64,000 nt of DNA from Inhella sp. (GTDB lineage: Bacteria; Pseudomonadota; Gammaproteobacteria; Burkholderiales; Burkholderiaceae_C). Positions 18,750 through 29,930 of the stretch are shown here, piece by piece (position 1 is the first letter of the stretch; every line of letters starts with the position of its first letter). Position numbers and translations under genes: made by a program. The notes under the pieces are model-generated. The model had not been told where the DNA came from, did not search any database, and saw only the letters and a list, made by a program, of their open reading frames with translations. The stretch spans positions 42,943-106,942 of the forward strand of contig JAYRUQ010000002.1 of NCBI GenBank assembly GCA_041919015.1, read 5' to 3'.

Positions 18750-19823
18750 ATGTCGACCGAATCCAAGCTCCCCGGTGCGCTGAGCGCTGCGTTCAGCGCG
18801 CGTCGCGTCGGCGTCACGCTGCTGCTGTCGGCGCTGACCGCGCTGGCGCTGAGCCCCATCTACGTCACCACGCTGCCGGTCTTGATCGGTCGCGCGCTGC
18901 TGGCCGGCCTGATGGCCTTGGCCGCCTTCGGACTCTTCGAGCAATGGCCGGAGCGTCTGCCGCGCTGGCTGGCGCGCTGGGTGTTGCAGGTGGCGGGGGT
19001 GGTGCTGGCCGTGCCGCTGGGCGTGCTCTTGGCCTACCTGATCTCGACCGGCGGCAGCCTGCAGGCCTTCTGGGACAACGAGGCGCGCATCACCGGCTTT
19101 CTGTGGATGGCCTTCAGCGGCCTGGTGCTGGCGGCTCTGATGGCCATGAGCGCCCTGGTGCGCCAGCGCGACGCCACGGTGCAGGCGCAGCAACTGGCCT
19201 TCGAGCTGGAGCGCAGCGAACTGGAGCGACGCGCGCTGGACGCCCGCCTGCGCCTGCTGCAGGCCCAGGTCGAACCGCACTTCCTCTTCAACACCCTGGC
19301 CAATGTGCGCGCGCTGGTCGACGCCGGCTCGCCGCAGGCCTCGCAGGTGCTGTCCAGCCTGATCGCCTACCTGCGCGCCGCCGTGCCGCGCCTGCAGGAG
19401 CCGGCGACGCGCATGGGCCAGGAACTGGAACTGGTGCGCGCCTATCTGGCGCTGATGCACCTGCGCATGCCCGACCGGCTGCAGTTCAGCGTCGAGGCCG
19501 GCCCCGAGGTGCAGGCCCTGCGCTGCCCGACCATGACCCTGCTGACCCTGGTGGAGAACGCGGTGCAGCACGGCATCGACCCGAGCGAGGAGGGCGGTCG
19601 CATCGAGGTCAGGGTGCAGCGGGTCGGCGAGCGCTGCGTGGCGCAGGTGCGCGACAGCGGCGTGGGGCTCGAGCGTGCGGGTGAAGGCCTGGGCACCGGC
19701 CTGTCGACCTTGCGCGAGCGCCTGCAACTGGCCTTCGGCGGCGACGCGCAACTGCGCTTGTCGGCGCGGCAGCAGGGCGGCGTCAGTGCCGAGGTGGAGT
19801 TTCCTGCGGAGGACTTGCGATGA
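18750..19823 (+). CDS. LytS/AlgZ-type sensor histidine kinase
   Basis: Four TM segments; LQAQVEPHFLFNTL, LVENAVQHG, DSGVG, GTGL. Confidence 0.92.
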   Translation: MSTESKLPGALSAAFSARRVGVTLLLSALTALALSPIYVTTLPVLIGRALLAGLMALAAFGLFEQWPERLPRWLARWVLQVAGVVLAVPLGVLLAYLISTGGSLQAFWDNEARITGFLWMAFSGLVLAALMAMSALVRQRDATVQAQQLAFELERSELERRALDARLRLLQAQVEPHFLFNTLANVRALVDAGSPQASQVLSSLIAYLRAAVPRLQEPATRMGQELELVRAYLALMHLRMPDRLQFSVEAGPEVQALRCPTMTLLTLVENAVQHGIDPSEEGGRIEVRVQRVGERCVAQVRDSGVGLERAGEGLGTGLSTLRERLQLAFGGDAQLRLSARQQGGVSAEVEFPAEDLR

Positions 19824-20608
19824 AGCGCGCGCCCACGGCCCTGATCGCCGACGACGAACCGCTGCTGCGCGATGCGTTGGCGCGCCTGCTGGCCCAGGCC
19901 TGGCCCGAGCTGCAGGTGGTGGCCCTGGCGCGCAACGGCCGCGAGGCGGTCGAGCATTGCGAGGCCCAGCAGCCCGACATCTGCTTCCTCGACGTGCACA
20001 TGCCGGGCCTGAGCGGCATCGAGGCCGCGCAGCGCATCGGCCGCGGGCCGCTGCTGGTGTTCGTCACCGCCTACGACCAGTACGCGCTGCGCGCCTTCGA
20101 GCAAGGGGCGCTCGACTACCTGGTCAAGCCGGTCGAGCCCGAGCGCCTGGCCGACACCGTTCAGCGCCTGAAGGAGCGTCTGCGCGCTCCGGCCCCTGAC
20201 GCCGCAACGCTGCTGACCCAGTTGCAGGAGCTGACGGCGCGCATGCAGGGCGAGGGGCGGACGGCGGCGCCGCTGCGCTGGATCCGTGCCTCGGTCGGCC
20301 AGACCCTGCGTCTGATCCCGGTCGACGAGATCGACTACCTGAAGTCGGACGAGAAGTACACGCTGGTGGTCTGGCGGGGTGACGGCGACAAGACCGGCGA
20401 GGCCTTGATCCGCACCCCGCTCAAGGAGCTCATGAGCCAGCTCGACCCCGAGCAGTTCGCCCAGGTGCACCGCTCGGTGGTGGTGAACCTGCGCGCCATC
20501 AGCCATGTGCAGCGCGGCCTCAACGAGACCGCCGACATCCACCTCAAAGGCCGCGACGAGGTGCTGCCGGTCAGCCGCAGCTACCTGCACCTGTTCCGGC
20601 AGATGTGA
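19820..20608 (+). CDS. LytTR-family response regulator
   Basis: Receiver motifs ADDEP, FLDVHMP, FVTAYD, YLVKP; LytTR motifs FAQVHRS, VSRSY. Confidence 0.93.
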   Translation: MKRAPTALIADDEPLLRDALARLLAQAWPELQVVALARNGREAVEHCEAQQPDICFLDVHMPGLSGIEAAQRIGRGPLLVFVTAYDQYALRAFEQGALDYLVKPVEPERLADTVQRLKERLRAPAPDAATLLTQLQELTARMQGEGRTAAPLRWIRASVGQTLRLIPVDEIDYLKSDEKYTLVVWRGDGDKTGEALIRTPLKELMSQLDPEQFAQVHRSVVVNLRAISHVQRGLNETADIHLKGRDEVLPVSRSYLHLFRQM

Positions 20609-20635
20609 GGCCACGGCAGGCCCACGCTGGGGGCC

Positions 20636-21034
20636 TTACTCGATGCGTTGGTCGTGCTGCTGGCCGGTGTCGCCGATGAGGTCCCAACCGGCCTTCGAAC
20701 CCACGAAGAGATGGTGCACCACCCGCAGGGCTTCGGTCCCATCGATCAGGCTGCCGGCGGGGATGAACATGCGCGTCGCATCGTTCTCGCCGGGCAGCTT
20801 GGCGCCACACACGCGACAGAACTGGGTGTGCCATTCGCCCACGGGCTTGCTCCAGCGGGCGATCTGATCCTCGCCTTGCGTCCAGCGGAAGCGCTCGTTG
20901 GCGACCACCAACACGGCGATGCCGTTGGCGCCCGTCGAGCGCCGGCAGATCGAGCAATGGCAAAGATAGACGTCGCTGAGCGTGCCGTCGACCTCGAAGC
21001 GCACCGCACCGCAATTGCAACTGCCTTGGGCCAC
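20636..21034 (-). CDS. GFA/CENP-V family protein
   Basis: GSCNCGAVRF, CHCSICRR, FCRVCG zinc-binding Cys pattern; GTG start. Confidence 0.9.
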   Translation of the reverse strand: MAQGSCNCGAVRFEVDGTLSDVYLCHCSICRRSTGANGIAVLVVANERFRWTQGEDQIARWSKPVGEWHTQFCRVCGAKLPGENDATRMFIPAGSLIDGTEALRVVHHLFVGSKAGWDLIGDTGQQHDQRIE

Positions 21035-21070
21035 TGTGATCCTCCGGTCGGACGACGGGGCGTCTGAACC

Positions 21071-22882
21071 TCAGATCGGCTCGGTGCGCCGCAGCAGCCA
21101 GTCGCGCGCCGCGCCCTGCAGCTTGGGCAGCAGGCGCTCGCGCACGGTGGCGTGGTAGGTGTTGAGCCAGGCGATCTCGTCGGGGCGCATCAGCGAGCGG
21201 TCGATCGGGTCGGTGTCGATCGGGCACAGGGTCAGGGTCTCGAAGGCCAGCATGGCACCGAAGCGATCGCCCTCGGCGGTGGGTTGCTCGACGTTGAGCA
21301 CCAGGTTCTCGATGCGCACGCCCCACTGGCCGGGGCGGTAGAGGCCGGGTTCGATCGAGGTGATCATGCCGGGCTCCATCGCCATATGGGCGTCGGGGAT
21401 GGCCTTGCTGATGCTCTGCGGGCCCTCGTGCACGTTCATGAAGTAGCCCACGCCATGGCCGGTGCCGTGGCCGTAGTCCAGCCCGCCTTCCCACAGCGGT
21501 GCGCGGGCGATGGCGTCGAGCATCGGCGAGAGCGTGCCGCGCGGGAACACGGTGCGGCTCAGTGCCAGGGTGCCCTTGAGCACGCGCGTGTAGTCGGCGC
21601 ATTGCTGCGGCGTGGGCCGGCCGATGGCCCAGACGCGCGTGATGTCGGTGGTGCCGCCCAGGTACTGCCCGCCCGAGTCGATCAGCAACAGGCCCTCGCC
21701 GTCGATGAAGGAGAAGGCCTCGGGCAGCGCGCGGTAATGCGGCAGCGCGCCGTTGGCCATCCAACCGGCGATGGTCGAGAAGGACAGGCCGACGAAACCC
21801 GGGCGCTTGGCGCGCTCGGCGCTCAGCAGGGTGTCGACGTCGAGCTCGCTGAGCCGCTCGCCGCGCTGCAGCCGGGCCTCGAAGTCGGCATAGAAGGCGC
21901 ACATGGCGGCGCCGTCCTCGGCCATGGCCTCGCGCACCTGGGCGGCTTCGAGCGCGGTCTTGCGGCTCTTGGCCAGGGTGCTGGGGTTGATCGCCTCGTG
22001 CACCTTGCAGCCGGCGGGCAGCGCCTGGCGCAGCCCAAGCGTGCAGCGCCTGGGGTCCAGCCACACGCAGGCCTCGGCCGGCAGCGCGGCCAGCGCCTCG
22101 CTCAGCGCGCCGTAGGGGGCGAGCTGCACGCCGTCCTGCGCCAGGCGCGCGCTCAGCGCGGCGTCGATCTGGCCCTCACCCACGAACAACGTGGCGCGCT
22201 GCGCATCCAGCAGCAGGTGGGCGACGAACACCGGGTTGTAGTCGACGTCGCTGCCGCGCAGATTGAGCAGCCAGGCCAGGTCGTCCAGGCTGCTGACCAG
22301 GTGGTGGGTGGCCCCGACCTTGTGCAGCGCCTCGCGCACGCGGCGCAGGCGCTCGGCGCGCGGCTCGGTGGCCTGCGGCGGCAGGTGCTCGTAGACCGGC
22401 TGCAGCGGCAGCCCCGGGCGGCCGGGCCAGGCGGCTTCGAGCGGATCGGCGCCCGGCTGCCATTGCAGGCCGGCACGCAGGCAGGCCGTGTTGAGCTGCG
22501 CGGCCTGAGCCAGCGCCAGCACGGCGGCGTCGGCTCCCAGGCGCGCGCCGCGCGGCAGATGGGCCAGCAGCCAGTCGATGGCGCCGTCGGGGCTGTTCTT
22601 CTCGAGCTTCACGAGCTCGATGCCGCTGCCCGAGAGCTCGCGCTCGGCCTGCTCCCAGTAGCGGCTGTCGGCGAACACCGCACAGGCGTCCTGCGTCAGC
22701 GCCACGTAGCCGGCCGAGCCGGTGAAGCCGGTCAGCCATTGGCGAGCCTGCCAGCGCTCGGGCAGGTACTCGCTCAGGTGCGGGTCGGCCGAGGGCATGA
22801 AGAAGCCGTCCAGGTCCATCTGGCGCAGCTGCGCCTGCACGGCGGCGACACGGGTGCGGGCGGGGTGGGTGCGGGTGTCCAT
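21071..22882 (-). CDS. Aminopeptidase P (Xaa-Pro aminopeptidase, M24B)
   Basis: DPHLSEY, TGFTGSAG, DSGGQY, GTTDITR, HGTGHGVG, VHEGP, EPGLY, GVRIEN. Confidence 0.93.
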   Translation of the reverse strand: MDTRTHPARTRVAAVQAQLRQMDLDGFFMPSADPHLSEYLPERWQARQWLTGFTGSAGYVALTQDACAVFADSRYWEQAERELSGSGIELVKLEKNSPDGAIDWLLAHLPRGARLGADAAVLALAQAAQLNTACLRAGLQWQPGADPLEAAWPGRPGLPLQPVYEHLPPQATEPRAERLRRVREALHKVGATHHLVSSLDDLAWLLNLRGSDVDYNPVFVAHLLLDAQRATLFVGEGQIDAALSARLAQDGVQLAPYGALSEALAALPAEACVWLDPRRCTLGLRQALPAGCKVHEAINPSTLAKSRKTALEAAQVREAMAEDGAAMCAFYADFEARLQRGERLSELDVDTLLSAERAKRPGFVGLSFSTIAGWMANGALPHYRALPEAFSFIDGEGLLLIDSGGQYLGGTTDITRVWAIGRPTPQQCADYTRVLKGTLALSRTVFPRGTLSPMLDAIARAPLWEGGLDYGHGTGHGVGYFMNVHEGPQSISKAIPDAHMAMEPGMITSIEPGLYRPGQWGVRIENLVLNVEQPTAEGDRFGAMLAFETLTLCPIDTDPIDRSLMRPDEIAWLNTYHATVRERLLPKLQGAARDWLLRRTEPI

Positions 22883-22953
22883 GGCGGGGCTGAATAGGGC
22901 GGGGGCGGGATTGTCCGGCGCGCGCGGCGCCGGGGCGGGAAGTCAGGACTTGA

Positions 22954-23817
22954 TCAGAGCGCGGTGCGCACGCTCCACAGCTCGGGGAACAGCACCACCT
23001 CGAGCATCTTGCGCAGATAGGCCACGCCGGCGGTGCCGCCGGTGCCGCGCTTGAAGCCGATGATGCGTTCCACCGTGGTGACGTGGCGGAAACGCCAGAG
23101 GCGAAAGGCGTCCTCCAGGTCGACCAGTTCCTCGCCCATCTGGTACAGGTCCCAATGCGCCTCGGGCGCGCGGTAGACCTGCGCCCAGGCGGCCTCCACC
23201 TCGGGCAGGGCGGTGTAGGGCTGGGTCCAGTCGCGCTGCAGGGCCGCGGCCGGCAGGGCCAGGCCGCGGCGCTGCAGCAGGCGCAACACCTCGTCGTACA
23301 GGCTGGGCGATTGGTAGGCCGCCTGCACCGCGGCCAGGCGCTCGGGGTGGTGGGCGTGCGGTCGCAGCATGGCGGGGTTCTTGTTGCCGAGCAGGAACTC
23401 GATCTGCCGGTACTGGAAGCTCTGGAAGCCGCTGCTCGGGCCCAGGTAGGGGCGCAGTGCGCTGTATTCGGGCGGCGTCATGGTGGCCAGCACGTCCCAG
23501 GCGTGCACCAGCTGCTCCATGATGCGGCTGACGCGCGCCAGCATCTTGAAGGCCTCGGGCAGGCGGTCGCTCGCCACGCGCTGGTGGGCGGCCTGCAACT
23601 CGTGCAACGCCAGCTTCATCCACAGCTCGCTGGTCTGGTGCTGGACGATGAAGAGCATTTCGTCGTGCGCCGGCGAGAGTGGCTTCTGCGCCGACAGGAT
23701 GGCGTCGAGCTGCAGGTAGTCGCCATAGCTCATCGAGGCGCTGAAGTCGAGCTGCGCGCCGTGGTGGTCGCCGTGGTGGTCGCCGCGGTGGTCGTCGTGA
23801 TGGTCGTTCGCGTCCAT
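22954..23817 (-). CDS. kynA: Tryptophan 2,3-dioxygenase
   Basis: [42 protein letters not shown]. Confidence 0.96.
   Translation of the reverse strand: MDANDHHDDHRGDHHGDHHGAQLDFSASMSYGDYLQLDAILSAQKPLSPAHDEMLFIVQHQTSELWMKLALHELQAAHQRVASDRLPEAFKMLARVSRIMEQLVHAWDVLATMTPPEYSALRPYLGPSSGFQSFQYRQIEFLLGNKNPAMLRPHAHHPERLAAVQAAYQSPSLYDEVLRLLQRRGLALPAAALQRDWTQPYTALPEVEAAWAQVYRAPEAHWDLYQMGEELVDLEDAFRLWRFRHVTTVERIIGFKRGTGGTAGVAYLRKMLEVVLFPELWSVRTAL
23761..23808. repeat. Four imperfect 12-bp tandem units encoding [16 protein letters not shown]
   Basis: gtggtggtcgcc gtggtggtcgcc gcggtggtcgtc gtgatggtcgtt on the + strand. Confidence 0.8.
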
Positions 23818-25070
23818 CAGGTCACCTTGCCCTTGTTCTGGAAGCGCGCCTCGCGCCACTGGCCGCTGCGCAGCAGGTCGTCCAACTGCGCGACGGCGCT
23901 GACGACGTCGACGAAGCGCGTGTAGAGCGGCGTGAAGCCGAAGCGCAGCAGGTCGGGTTCGCCGGCGCGGAAGTCGCCGATGACACCGCGCTCGATCAAG
24001 GCCTGCATGACGGCGTGGCCGTCCGCGTCGGCCAGCGCGATCGACACCTGGCTGCCACGCTGGCCGGCCTCGCGCGGCGTGTGAACCGTGGCGCTGCTCA
24101 GGCGGGCGTCGACGCAGTCCATGAAGGCCTGGCTGAGCGCCAGCGACTTGGCACGCAGTGCCGCCATGCCGCCCAGGGACAGTGCGGCGTCGAACACGTC
24201 GAGCGCGGCGTCCAGCGCCGCCATGGCCAGGATCGGTGGCGTCCCGCACTGGTACTGCTGGATGCCCTCGGCCGGCCGGTAATCGGGTTGGAAGCGGAAC
24301 GGCGCGGCGTGGCCGAGCCAACCGGTGAGCGGCTGCCACACCTGGCCGTGGTGGCGCGGGTGTACCCACACGAAGGCCGGGGCGCCCGGACCACCGTTCA
24401 GGTATTTGTAGCCGCAGCCCACCGCGAAGTCGGCGGCAGCGCCCAGCAGGTCGACCGGCACCGCGCCGGCGCTGTGCGCCAGGTCCCAGACCGCCAGCGC
24501 GCCGGCCTGTTGCGCCCAGCGCGTCAGCAGCGCCATGTCGTGCATGCGCCCGCTGCGGTAGTGCACATGGGTCAGCAGCAGCACCGCGCAGCGTTCGTCG
24601 AGCAGGGCCGGCAGCTCGTCGGGGTGGTCCACCAGCACCAGCTCGCCGCCGTGCGCGCGGGCCACGCTCTGCGCGATGTAGTTGTCGGTCGGGAAGTTGC
24701 TGCGCTCGCTGACGATGCGGGTGCGCTGGCCCTGCTGCAGCTGCAGGGCGGCGTGCAGCACCTTGTAGAGGTTGACCGAGGTCGAGTCGGCGAACAGCAC
24801 CTCGCCGGCGCGTGCGCCGATCCAGGGCGCCAGGCGGTCGCCGAGCCGGCGCGGCTGGTCGATCCAGCCGGCCCGGTTCCAGCTGGCGATGAGGTCGCGC
24901 CCCCATTCCTCACGCAGGGTGCGTTGCACGCGTTCGCTGGCAGCGCGCGGCAGGGCACCCAGCGAGTTGCCGTCGAGATAGCACAGTCCGTCGGCCAGCT
25001 CGAAATGCGAGCGCAGCGGGGCCAGCGGGTCGGCGGCGTCGAGCGCGCGGGCCTGGTCCAAAGTCAGCAT
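23817..25070 (-). CDS. kynU: Kynureninase
   Basis: [35 protein letters not shown] (PLP lysine). Confidence 0.96.
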   Translation of the reverse strand: MLTLDQARALDAADPLAPLRSHFELADGLCYLDGNSLGALPRAASERVQRTLREEWGRDLIASWNRAGWIDQPRRLGDRLAPWIGARAGEVLFADSTSVNLYKVLHAALQLQQGQRTRIVSERSNFPTDNYIAQSVARAHGGELVLVDHPDELPALLDERCAVLLLTHVHYRSGRMHDMALLTRWAQQAGALAVWDLAHSAGAVPVDLLGAAADFAVGCGYKYLNGGPGAPAFVWVHPRHHGQVWQPLTGWLGHAAPFRFQPDYRPAEGIQQYQCGTPPILAMAALDAALDVFDAALSLGGMAALRAKSLALSQAFMDCVDARLSSATVHTPREAGQRGSQVSIALADADGHAVMQALIERGVIGDFRAGEPDLLRFGFTPLYTRFVDVVSAVAQLDDLLRSGQWREARFQNKGKVT

Positions 25071-25705
25071 GTCAACTCCCGAAGGATGGCGCGCACCGGT
25101 GAGGCGCAGGCACCGACCCAGCGCAGCGGCAGGGCGATGAGTTCGTAGTCACCCTCGGGCACCTCGTCGAGCACCAGGTTTTCCAGCACGCGCAGGTCGT
25201 GTTGCAGCAGTTGCCGGTGGGCGTCCAGGGTCTTGCTGTCGGCCGGGTCCACCGAGGCGGTGTCGATGCCGACCAGGCGCACGCCCCGAGCGGCCAGCCA
25301 GGCCAGGGTCTCGGGGGCGTAGGCCGAGAAATCGTCGCGCCAGCTGCGGTCGGCCCGCTGCGCGGTACGCACCAGCACGCGCGGCGGCAGCCCGGCGGCC
25401 GCATGGGCCAGGTGCTCGGGCCGGATCAGCGGGCCGCAGCCCATGGCGTGGACGACGCGGCAGGGACCGAGATAGGGTTCAAGCGCCAGCGCATCGATGG
25501 CGCGCTCGGCGTCGCCGTAATGCAGGGGGGCGTCGGCATGCGCGCCCACATGGGGGCTGCTGCTCACCACGCTCAGGTTCACCGGGCAGCTCGGTGAGCG
25601 GCGCGCCGTCCATTGCAGGCGGTACGGCTCGTCGCCGGGAAAGAGGGGGCTGTCGGCATCCACCGGGGGCGAGAGGTCCCAGATTCGGCGTCGGTCGTGT
25701 GGCAT
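25064..25705 (-). CDS. kynB: Kynurenine formamidase (arylformamidase)
   Basis: HVGAHADAPLH cyclase-family motif, GIDTASVDP, ASPVRA; operon with kynU and kynA. Confidence 0.93.
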   Translation of the reverse strand: MPHDRRRIWDLSPPVDADSPLFPGDEPYRLQWTARRSPSCPVNLSVVSSSPHVGAHADAPLHYGDAERAIDALALEPYLGPCRVVHAMGCGPLIRPEHLAHAAAGLPPRVLVRTAQRADRSWRDDFSAYAPETLAWLAARGVRLVGIDTASVDPADSKTLDAHRQLLQHDLRVLENLVLDEVPEGDYELIALPLRWVGACASPVRAILRELTC

Positions 25706-25777
25706 GGACGCGCACCTTAGCGAGGTTTGGGTGCCTGTGGTGTCGGGCAATTCAGACAAGGGCGGCAGCGGCTCGCC

Positions 25778-26099
25778 TTACACCGATCCCGACCGGCGCT
25801 GCCAAAGGCGCTTCCAGGCGGGCGTGACGGCAGGGGTCTTGGCGGTCGCCGGCGCCCAGCGGTCCTCGGGGTCCAGGCGCTGCGCCAGGGCCCGATGCCC
25901 GCCCTGCCACGCGGCCTGGGCCGGGTTCAGGCCGTCGGCCTCGGAGGGCAGATCGGGCCGGGCCCCGAACGCCAGCAGCAGGTCGGCGGCCGCGAGCTGG
26001 CCTTTCAGGATCGCTGCGTTCCAAGTGGTAGCGCAGCAGATCCATATCGCCCGCTTCGGCGACGCCGAACATTTCTTTCCAATCTCCACCGTCGGGCAT
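25778..26099 (-). pseudogene. Small ankyrin-repeat gene with internal frameshift/deletion
   Basis: GAGG RBS; MPDGGDWKEMFGVAEAGDMDLLRYHLER in one frame; ankyrin-like AAILKGQLAAADLLLAFGARP...GLNPAQAA continues in another frame from about 26020. Confidence 0.65.
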
Positions 26100-26122
26100 A
26101 GGACCTCGCCTTTTTGGGAAGC

Positions 26123-27022
26123 TTATTGCGGTCGCGCGGCCAGGAAGCGGGCGCGCAGCGCGGAGTCGCCGTCGCGCCGCCAGGCGGCGAAGACCGCCGA
26201 GGCCTCCAAGGTCTCGGCCAGGGGTTTGAACACCGCGCCCTGGATGCCGGCGCGCTGGAAGGCTGCCGGCACGATGGATACGCCCAGGCCCTGGGCCACC
26301 AGCGAGACCACCGACAGCCAGTGCCGACCCTCGTGCTGCAGGCGCGGGTAGAAGCCATGCTGGCGGCAGATCTCGACGATGCGCGCGTGGTAGTCGGGCG
26401 AGCCCTTGCGCGAGAAGAGGATGAAGGGTTGATCCGCCAAGGTGCTCAGCGGCACCTGCTTCTTGCGGGCCTGCGGATGGCTGGCCGGCAGGCAGGCCAG
26501 GAAGGGTTCGGCATAGAGCGGTCGGCTGTCCAGGCCGGGTGGTAGTTGGTTGGTGTGCAGCAGCGCCAGATCCAGCTCCTCGCGCAGCAGGGCGTCGATC
26601 TGGTCCTGGGAGTTCAGTTCCACCACCACCACCTCGACGCGCGGGTGGCGGGCCGCAAAGGCCTGCAACCAGCCGGCCAGCCCCTGTTGCAGCACCGAGC
26701 CCACGAAGCCCAGGCGCAGGCGCCCGAGCTCGCCGGCCTGCACCTCCCGGGCGCGGGAGCAGGCCTGCTCGGCAACGCTCAACAGGGTCTGGGCGCTGAG
26801 GCGGAAGCTGGCGCCCGCCGGCGTCAATCGCACGCCCTTGCTGTCGCGCTCGAAGAGCCGCGCGCCGACGCGGCGCTCCAGCTGCTGGATGGCCACCGAC
26901 AGCGGCGGCTGGGTCATGCCCAGGCGCTCGGCGGCGCGGCCGAAGTGGCGCTCCTCGGCCACGGCCACGAAGCAGCGCAGGTGTCGGAATTCCAGCGCTC
27001 GGTCCAGATTAGCGATAGGCAT
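26123..27022 (-). CDS. LysR-family transcriptional regulator, divergent from gcdH
   Basis: [35 protein letters not shown] plus substrate-binding domain. Confidence 0.93.
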   Translation of the reverse strand: MPIANLDRALEFRHLRCFVAVAEERHFGRAAERLGMTQPPLSVAIQQLERRVGARLFERDSKGVRLTPAGASFRLSAQTLLSVAEQACSRAREVQAGELGRLRLGFVGSVLQQGLAGWLQAFAARHPRVEVVVVELNSQDQIDALLREELDLALLHTNQLPPGLDSRPLYAEPFLACLPASHPQARKKQVPLSTLADQPFILFSRKGSPDYHARIVEICRQHGFYPRLQHEGRHWLSVVSLVAQGLGVSIVPAAFQRAGIQGAVFKPLAETLEASAVFAAWRRDGDSALRARFLAARPQ

Positions 27023-27124
27023 GGCGAATCGTCAAAGTTGATATTTGAATTAGACGCGAATCGTGGCGGCGGCCATACTGCCGGCCTTCGGTGCCCACGG
27101 CACCTGCAGGATGTGGAGAACACC

Positions 27125-28303
27125 ATGGCCACCAAGGCGAGTTTTCAGTGGGACGACCCCTTGCTGCTGGACCAGCAGCTGACGGATGACGAGCGCATGG
27201 TGCGCGAGGCCGCAGCGGCCTACAGCCAGGAGCGTCTGGCGCCGCGGGTGGTCGAGGCCTTCCGCCACGAACGCACCGATGCCGCGATCTTTCGCGAGAT
27301 GGGTGAACTCGGCCTGCTGGGCCCCACCATCCCCACCGAATACGGCGGCGCCGGGCTCAACTATGTGGCCTACGGCTTGATCGCCCGCGAGGTCGAGCGG
27401 GTCGATTCGGGCTACCGCTCGATGATGAGCGTGCAGTCCTCGCTGGTGATGGTGCCGATCTTCGAGTTCGGCAACGAGGCCACGCGCCGCAAATACCTGC
27501 CCCGGCTGGCCAGCGGCGAATGGATCGGCTGCTTCGGTCTGACCGAGCCCAACCATGGTTCCGACCCCGGCTCGATGGTCACGCGGGCCCGCGCCGTGGA
27601 GGGGGGCTACGAGCTCAGCGGCAGCAAGATGTGGATCACCAACAGCCCGATCGCCGACGTGTTCGTGGTCTGGGCCAAGGACGATGGAGGGCAGATCCGC
27701 GGCTTCGTGCTCGAAAAGGGCTGGAAGGGCCTGAGCGCCCCGGCGATCCACGGCAAGGTGGGTCTGCGCGCCAGCATCACCGGCGAGATCGTGCTGGACC
27801 GCGTGTTCTGCCCCGAGGAGAACGCCTTCCCCGAGGTGCGCGGACTCAAGGGCCCCTTCACCTGCCTGAACAGCGCGCGCTACGGCATTGCCTGGGGTGC
27901 GCTGGGCGCGGCCGAGAGCTGCTGGCACACCGCACGCCAGTACGTGCTGGACCGCCAGCAGTTCGGCAAGCCGCTGGCCGCCAACCAACTCGTGCAGAAG
28001 AAGCTGGCCGACATGCAGACCGAGATCACGCTCGGGCTGCAGGGCTGCCTGCGTCTGGGGCGCATGAAGGACGAGGGTACGGCGGCCGTCGAGATCACCT
28101 CCATCATGAAGCGCAACAGCTGCGGCAAGTCGCTGGAGATCGCGCGCATGGCGCGCGACATGCTCGGCGGCAACGGCATCAGCGACGAGTTCGGCGTCGC
28201 CCGTCATCTGGTCAACCTCGAGGTGGTCAATACCTACGAGGGCACGCACGACATCCACGCCCTGATCCTGGGCCGGGCGCAGACCGGCATCGCGGCATTC
28301 TGA
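27125..28303 (+). CDS. gcdH: Glutaryl-CoA dehydrogenase
   Basis: [50 protein letters not shown]. Confidence 0.93.
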   Translation: MATKASFQWDDPLLLDQQLTDDERMVREAAAAYSQERLAPRVVEAFRHERTDAAIFREMGELGLLGPTIPTEYGGAGLNYVAYGLIAREVERVDSGYRSMMSVQSSLVMVPIFEFGNEATRRKYLPRLASGEWIGCFGLTEPNHGSDPGSMVTRARAVEGGYELSGSKMWITNSPIADVFVVWAKDDGGQIRGFVLEKGWKGLSAPAIHGKVGLRASITGEIVLDRVFCPEENAFPEVRGLKGPFTCLNSARYGIAWGALGAAESCWHTARQYVLDRQQFGKPLAANQLVQKKLADMQTEITLGLQGCLRLGRMKDEGTAAVEITSIMKRNSCGKSLEIARMARDMLGGNGISDEFGVARHLVNLEVVNTYEGTHDIHALILGRAQTGIAAF

Positions 28304-29139
28304 GCCGCTGTTCCGTCATCGGCGCCGGCCGGCTGGCGGCGCACCTGGCCTTGGCGCTGCGGGCCATCGGGCGGGCCCCCGTGCACCTGGGCGCACGCGA
28401 TCCCGCGCGCGCCGCAGCGCTGGCGGCGCGGCTCGATCTGCCGGTCGGCACGCCGCAGCAGGCGCTCGACGCCGACTGGGTGTTCGTCTGCGTCAAGGAC
28501 GACGCCATCGCACCGCTCTGCGCCGGCCTGCGCTGGCAGGGTCAGTTGGCCATCCACTGCAGCGGCGCCACGGAACTGGATGCGCTGGCGCCGGCCACGC
28601 GGCGCGCCGGCTTCCATCCCTTGCAGCTGTTTGCCGATCCGCTGCCCGATGCCGCGGCAGCGCTGGCGGCGTTCCGCGGCGTGCGCATCGGCATCGAGGG
28701 CGACGAAGACGGACAGCTGGCCGCACTGGCTGCCGCGCTGGGGGCCCGATGCCTGCCGCTGCGTGCCGGTCAGCGCGCGCGCTACCACGCGGCGGCCAAC
28801 GCCGCGGCCAGCGGCCTGCTGGCGCCGCTTGCGCTGGCCACCCAGGCCTGGCGGCAGGCGCTGGGGCTGGACGAGGCCGAGGCCCTGGCCGCCCTGCTGC
28901 CGCTGGCGCAAGGCACCTTGTCGGCGGTGGCCCGTCAGGGGCTGGCCGGTGCGCTGTCCGGCCCGCTGGCGCGTGGCGATGAGTCGGTGCTGCGACGCCA
29001 TCTGGCGGCCCTCGACGGAGCCCAGCGCGACGAGTACCGGGCCTTGCTGCAGGCGCTCTTGCCCCTGGCCGAGCGCAGCGGTCGGCTCGACGCCGCACAG
29101 TTGCAGGCCTTGCGCGCGCTGCTCGTTGCGGGCGATTGA
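28300..29139 (+). CDS. Rossmann-like/DUF2520 oxidoreductase (start uncertain)
   Basis: [42 protein letters not shown]; no ATG/GTG/TTG between the gcdH end and the Rossmann motif. Confidence 0.75.
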   Translation: MSRCSVIGAGRLAAHLALALRAIGRAPVHLGARDPARAAALAARLDLPVGTPQQALDADWVFVCVKDDAIAPLCAGLRWQGQLAIHCSGATELDALAPATRRAGFHPLQLFADPLPDAAAALAAFRGVRIGIEGDEDGQLAALAAALGARCLPLRAGQRARYHAAANAAASGLLAPLALATQAWRQALGLDEAEALAALLPLAQGTLSAVARQGLAGALSGPLARGDESVLRRHLAALDGAQRDEYRALLQALLPLAERSGRLDAAQLQALRALLVAGD

Positions 29140-29928
29140 TCAGGGTCGCAGGTCGCGCCGGCGTCCACCGCTCAGGCCCATCGAGAAATGGCGTTGGAAT
29201 TCGGCGGACTGACGCGCCTTGGCCAGCGCCTGCCAGATCGTCTGCACGAGGTGCGGATGCGTGTCGGCGAAGCCTGGTGAGAAGGGCAGGAAGTAGTCCT
29301 TCTGCAGCAGCGGCGGACCGCTGATCTCGTGCTCGCGCGCCCACTGCGGGTCGGCCAGCAGTTGCACCGCGCTCTCCTGGGAGATGAGGATGGCGGCGAT
29401 GCGACGCAACCTGAGGCTTTCCACCAGGCTGCCGAAGCTCGGGTAGCGGTCCTCGACGACGGCGCCGCGCTCTCGCGCGTGCTGCGCAATCGAGTAGCCG
29501 CGTTCGGCGCCGATGGCGGCTCCGAACTCCGGGCTGCTGCCCGAAAAACCCTCGCCGTCCCAGCGCACCGGGCCGTCCTTGCGGCGGAACAGCACGTAGC
29601 CGAGGCGGAACATGCGCAGCTCGGCGTCCGGCAGGCCGGCCGCATCCAGCGGGTAGCGCAGGCCCTTGGCGCGCTCGACGGTGTAGCTGGCCGACAGCAC
29701 GGCGTCGAAACGACCGGCCGCTGCCTCGCTCAGGCAGCGCTGCCAGGGCAGGGCCGTGAATCGGGCGCTGAGTTCGGGCAGCTGCTGCAGGGCCAGCCGC
29801 GCCAGCCGGTGGGCCGTGCTGCCGTCATCGGCCTCGCCGAGGCTCTGGTTGGCGCAGATGCGCAGGCCCATCGGCTCGGCCGCCACCGGTCCGATGCACA
29901 GCGCGAGGCAGGCATGCCGGCGGCGCAT
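29140..29928 (-). CDS. Periplasmic substrate-binding protein (family 3-like)
   Basis: LPWQRCL, FDAVLSASYTVER, IGAERGYS motifs; ATG 2 nt after the glk-HexR stop. Confidence 0.75.
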   Translation of the reverse strand: MRRRHACLALCIGPVAAEPMGLRICANQSLGEADDGSTAHRLARLALQQLPELSARFTALPWQRCLSEAAAGRFDAVLSASYTVERAKGLRYPLDAAGLPDAELRMFRLGYVLFRRKDGPVRWDGEGFSGSSPEFGAAIGAERGYSIAQHARERGAVVEDRYPSFGSLVESLRLRRIAAILISQESAVQLLADPQWAREHEISGPPLLQKDYFLPFSPGFADTHPHLVQTIWQALAKARQSAEFQRHFSMGLSGGRRRDLRP

Positions 29929-29930
29929 GC

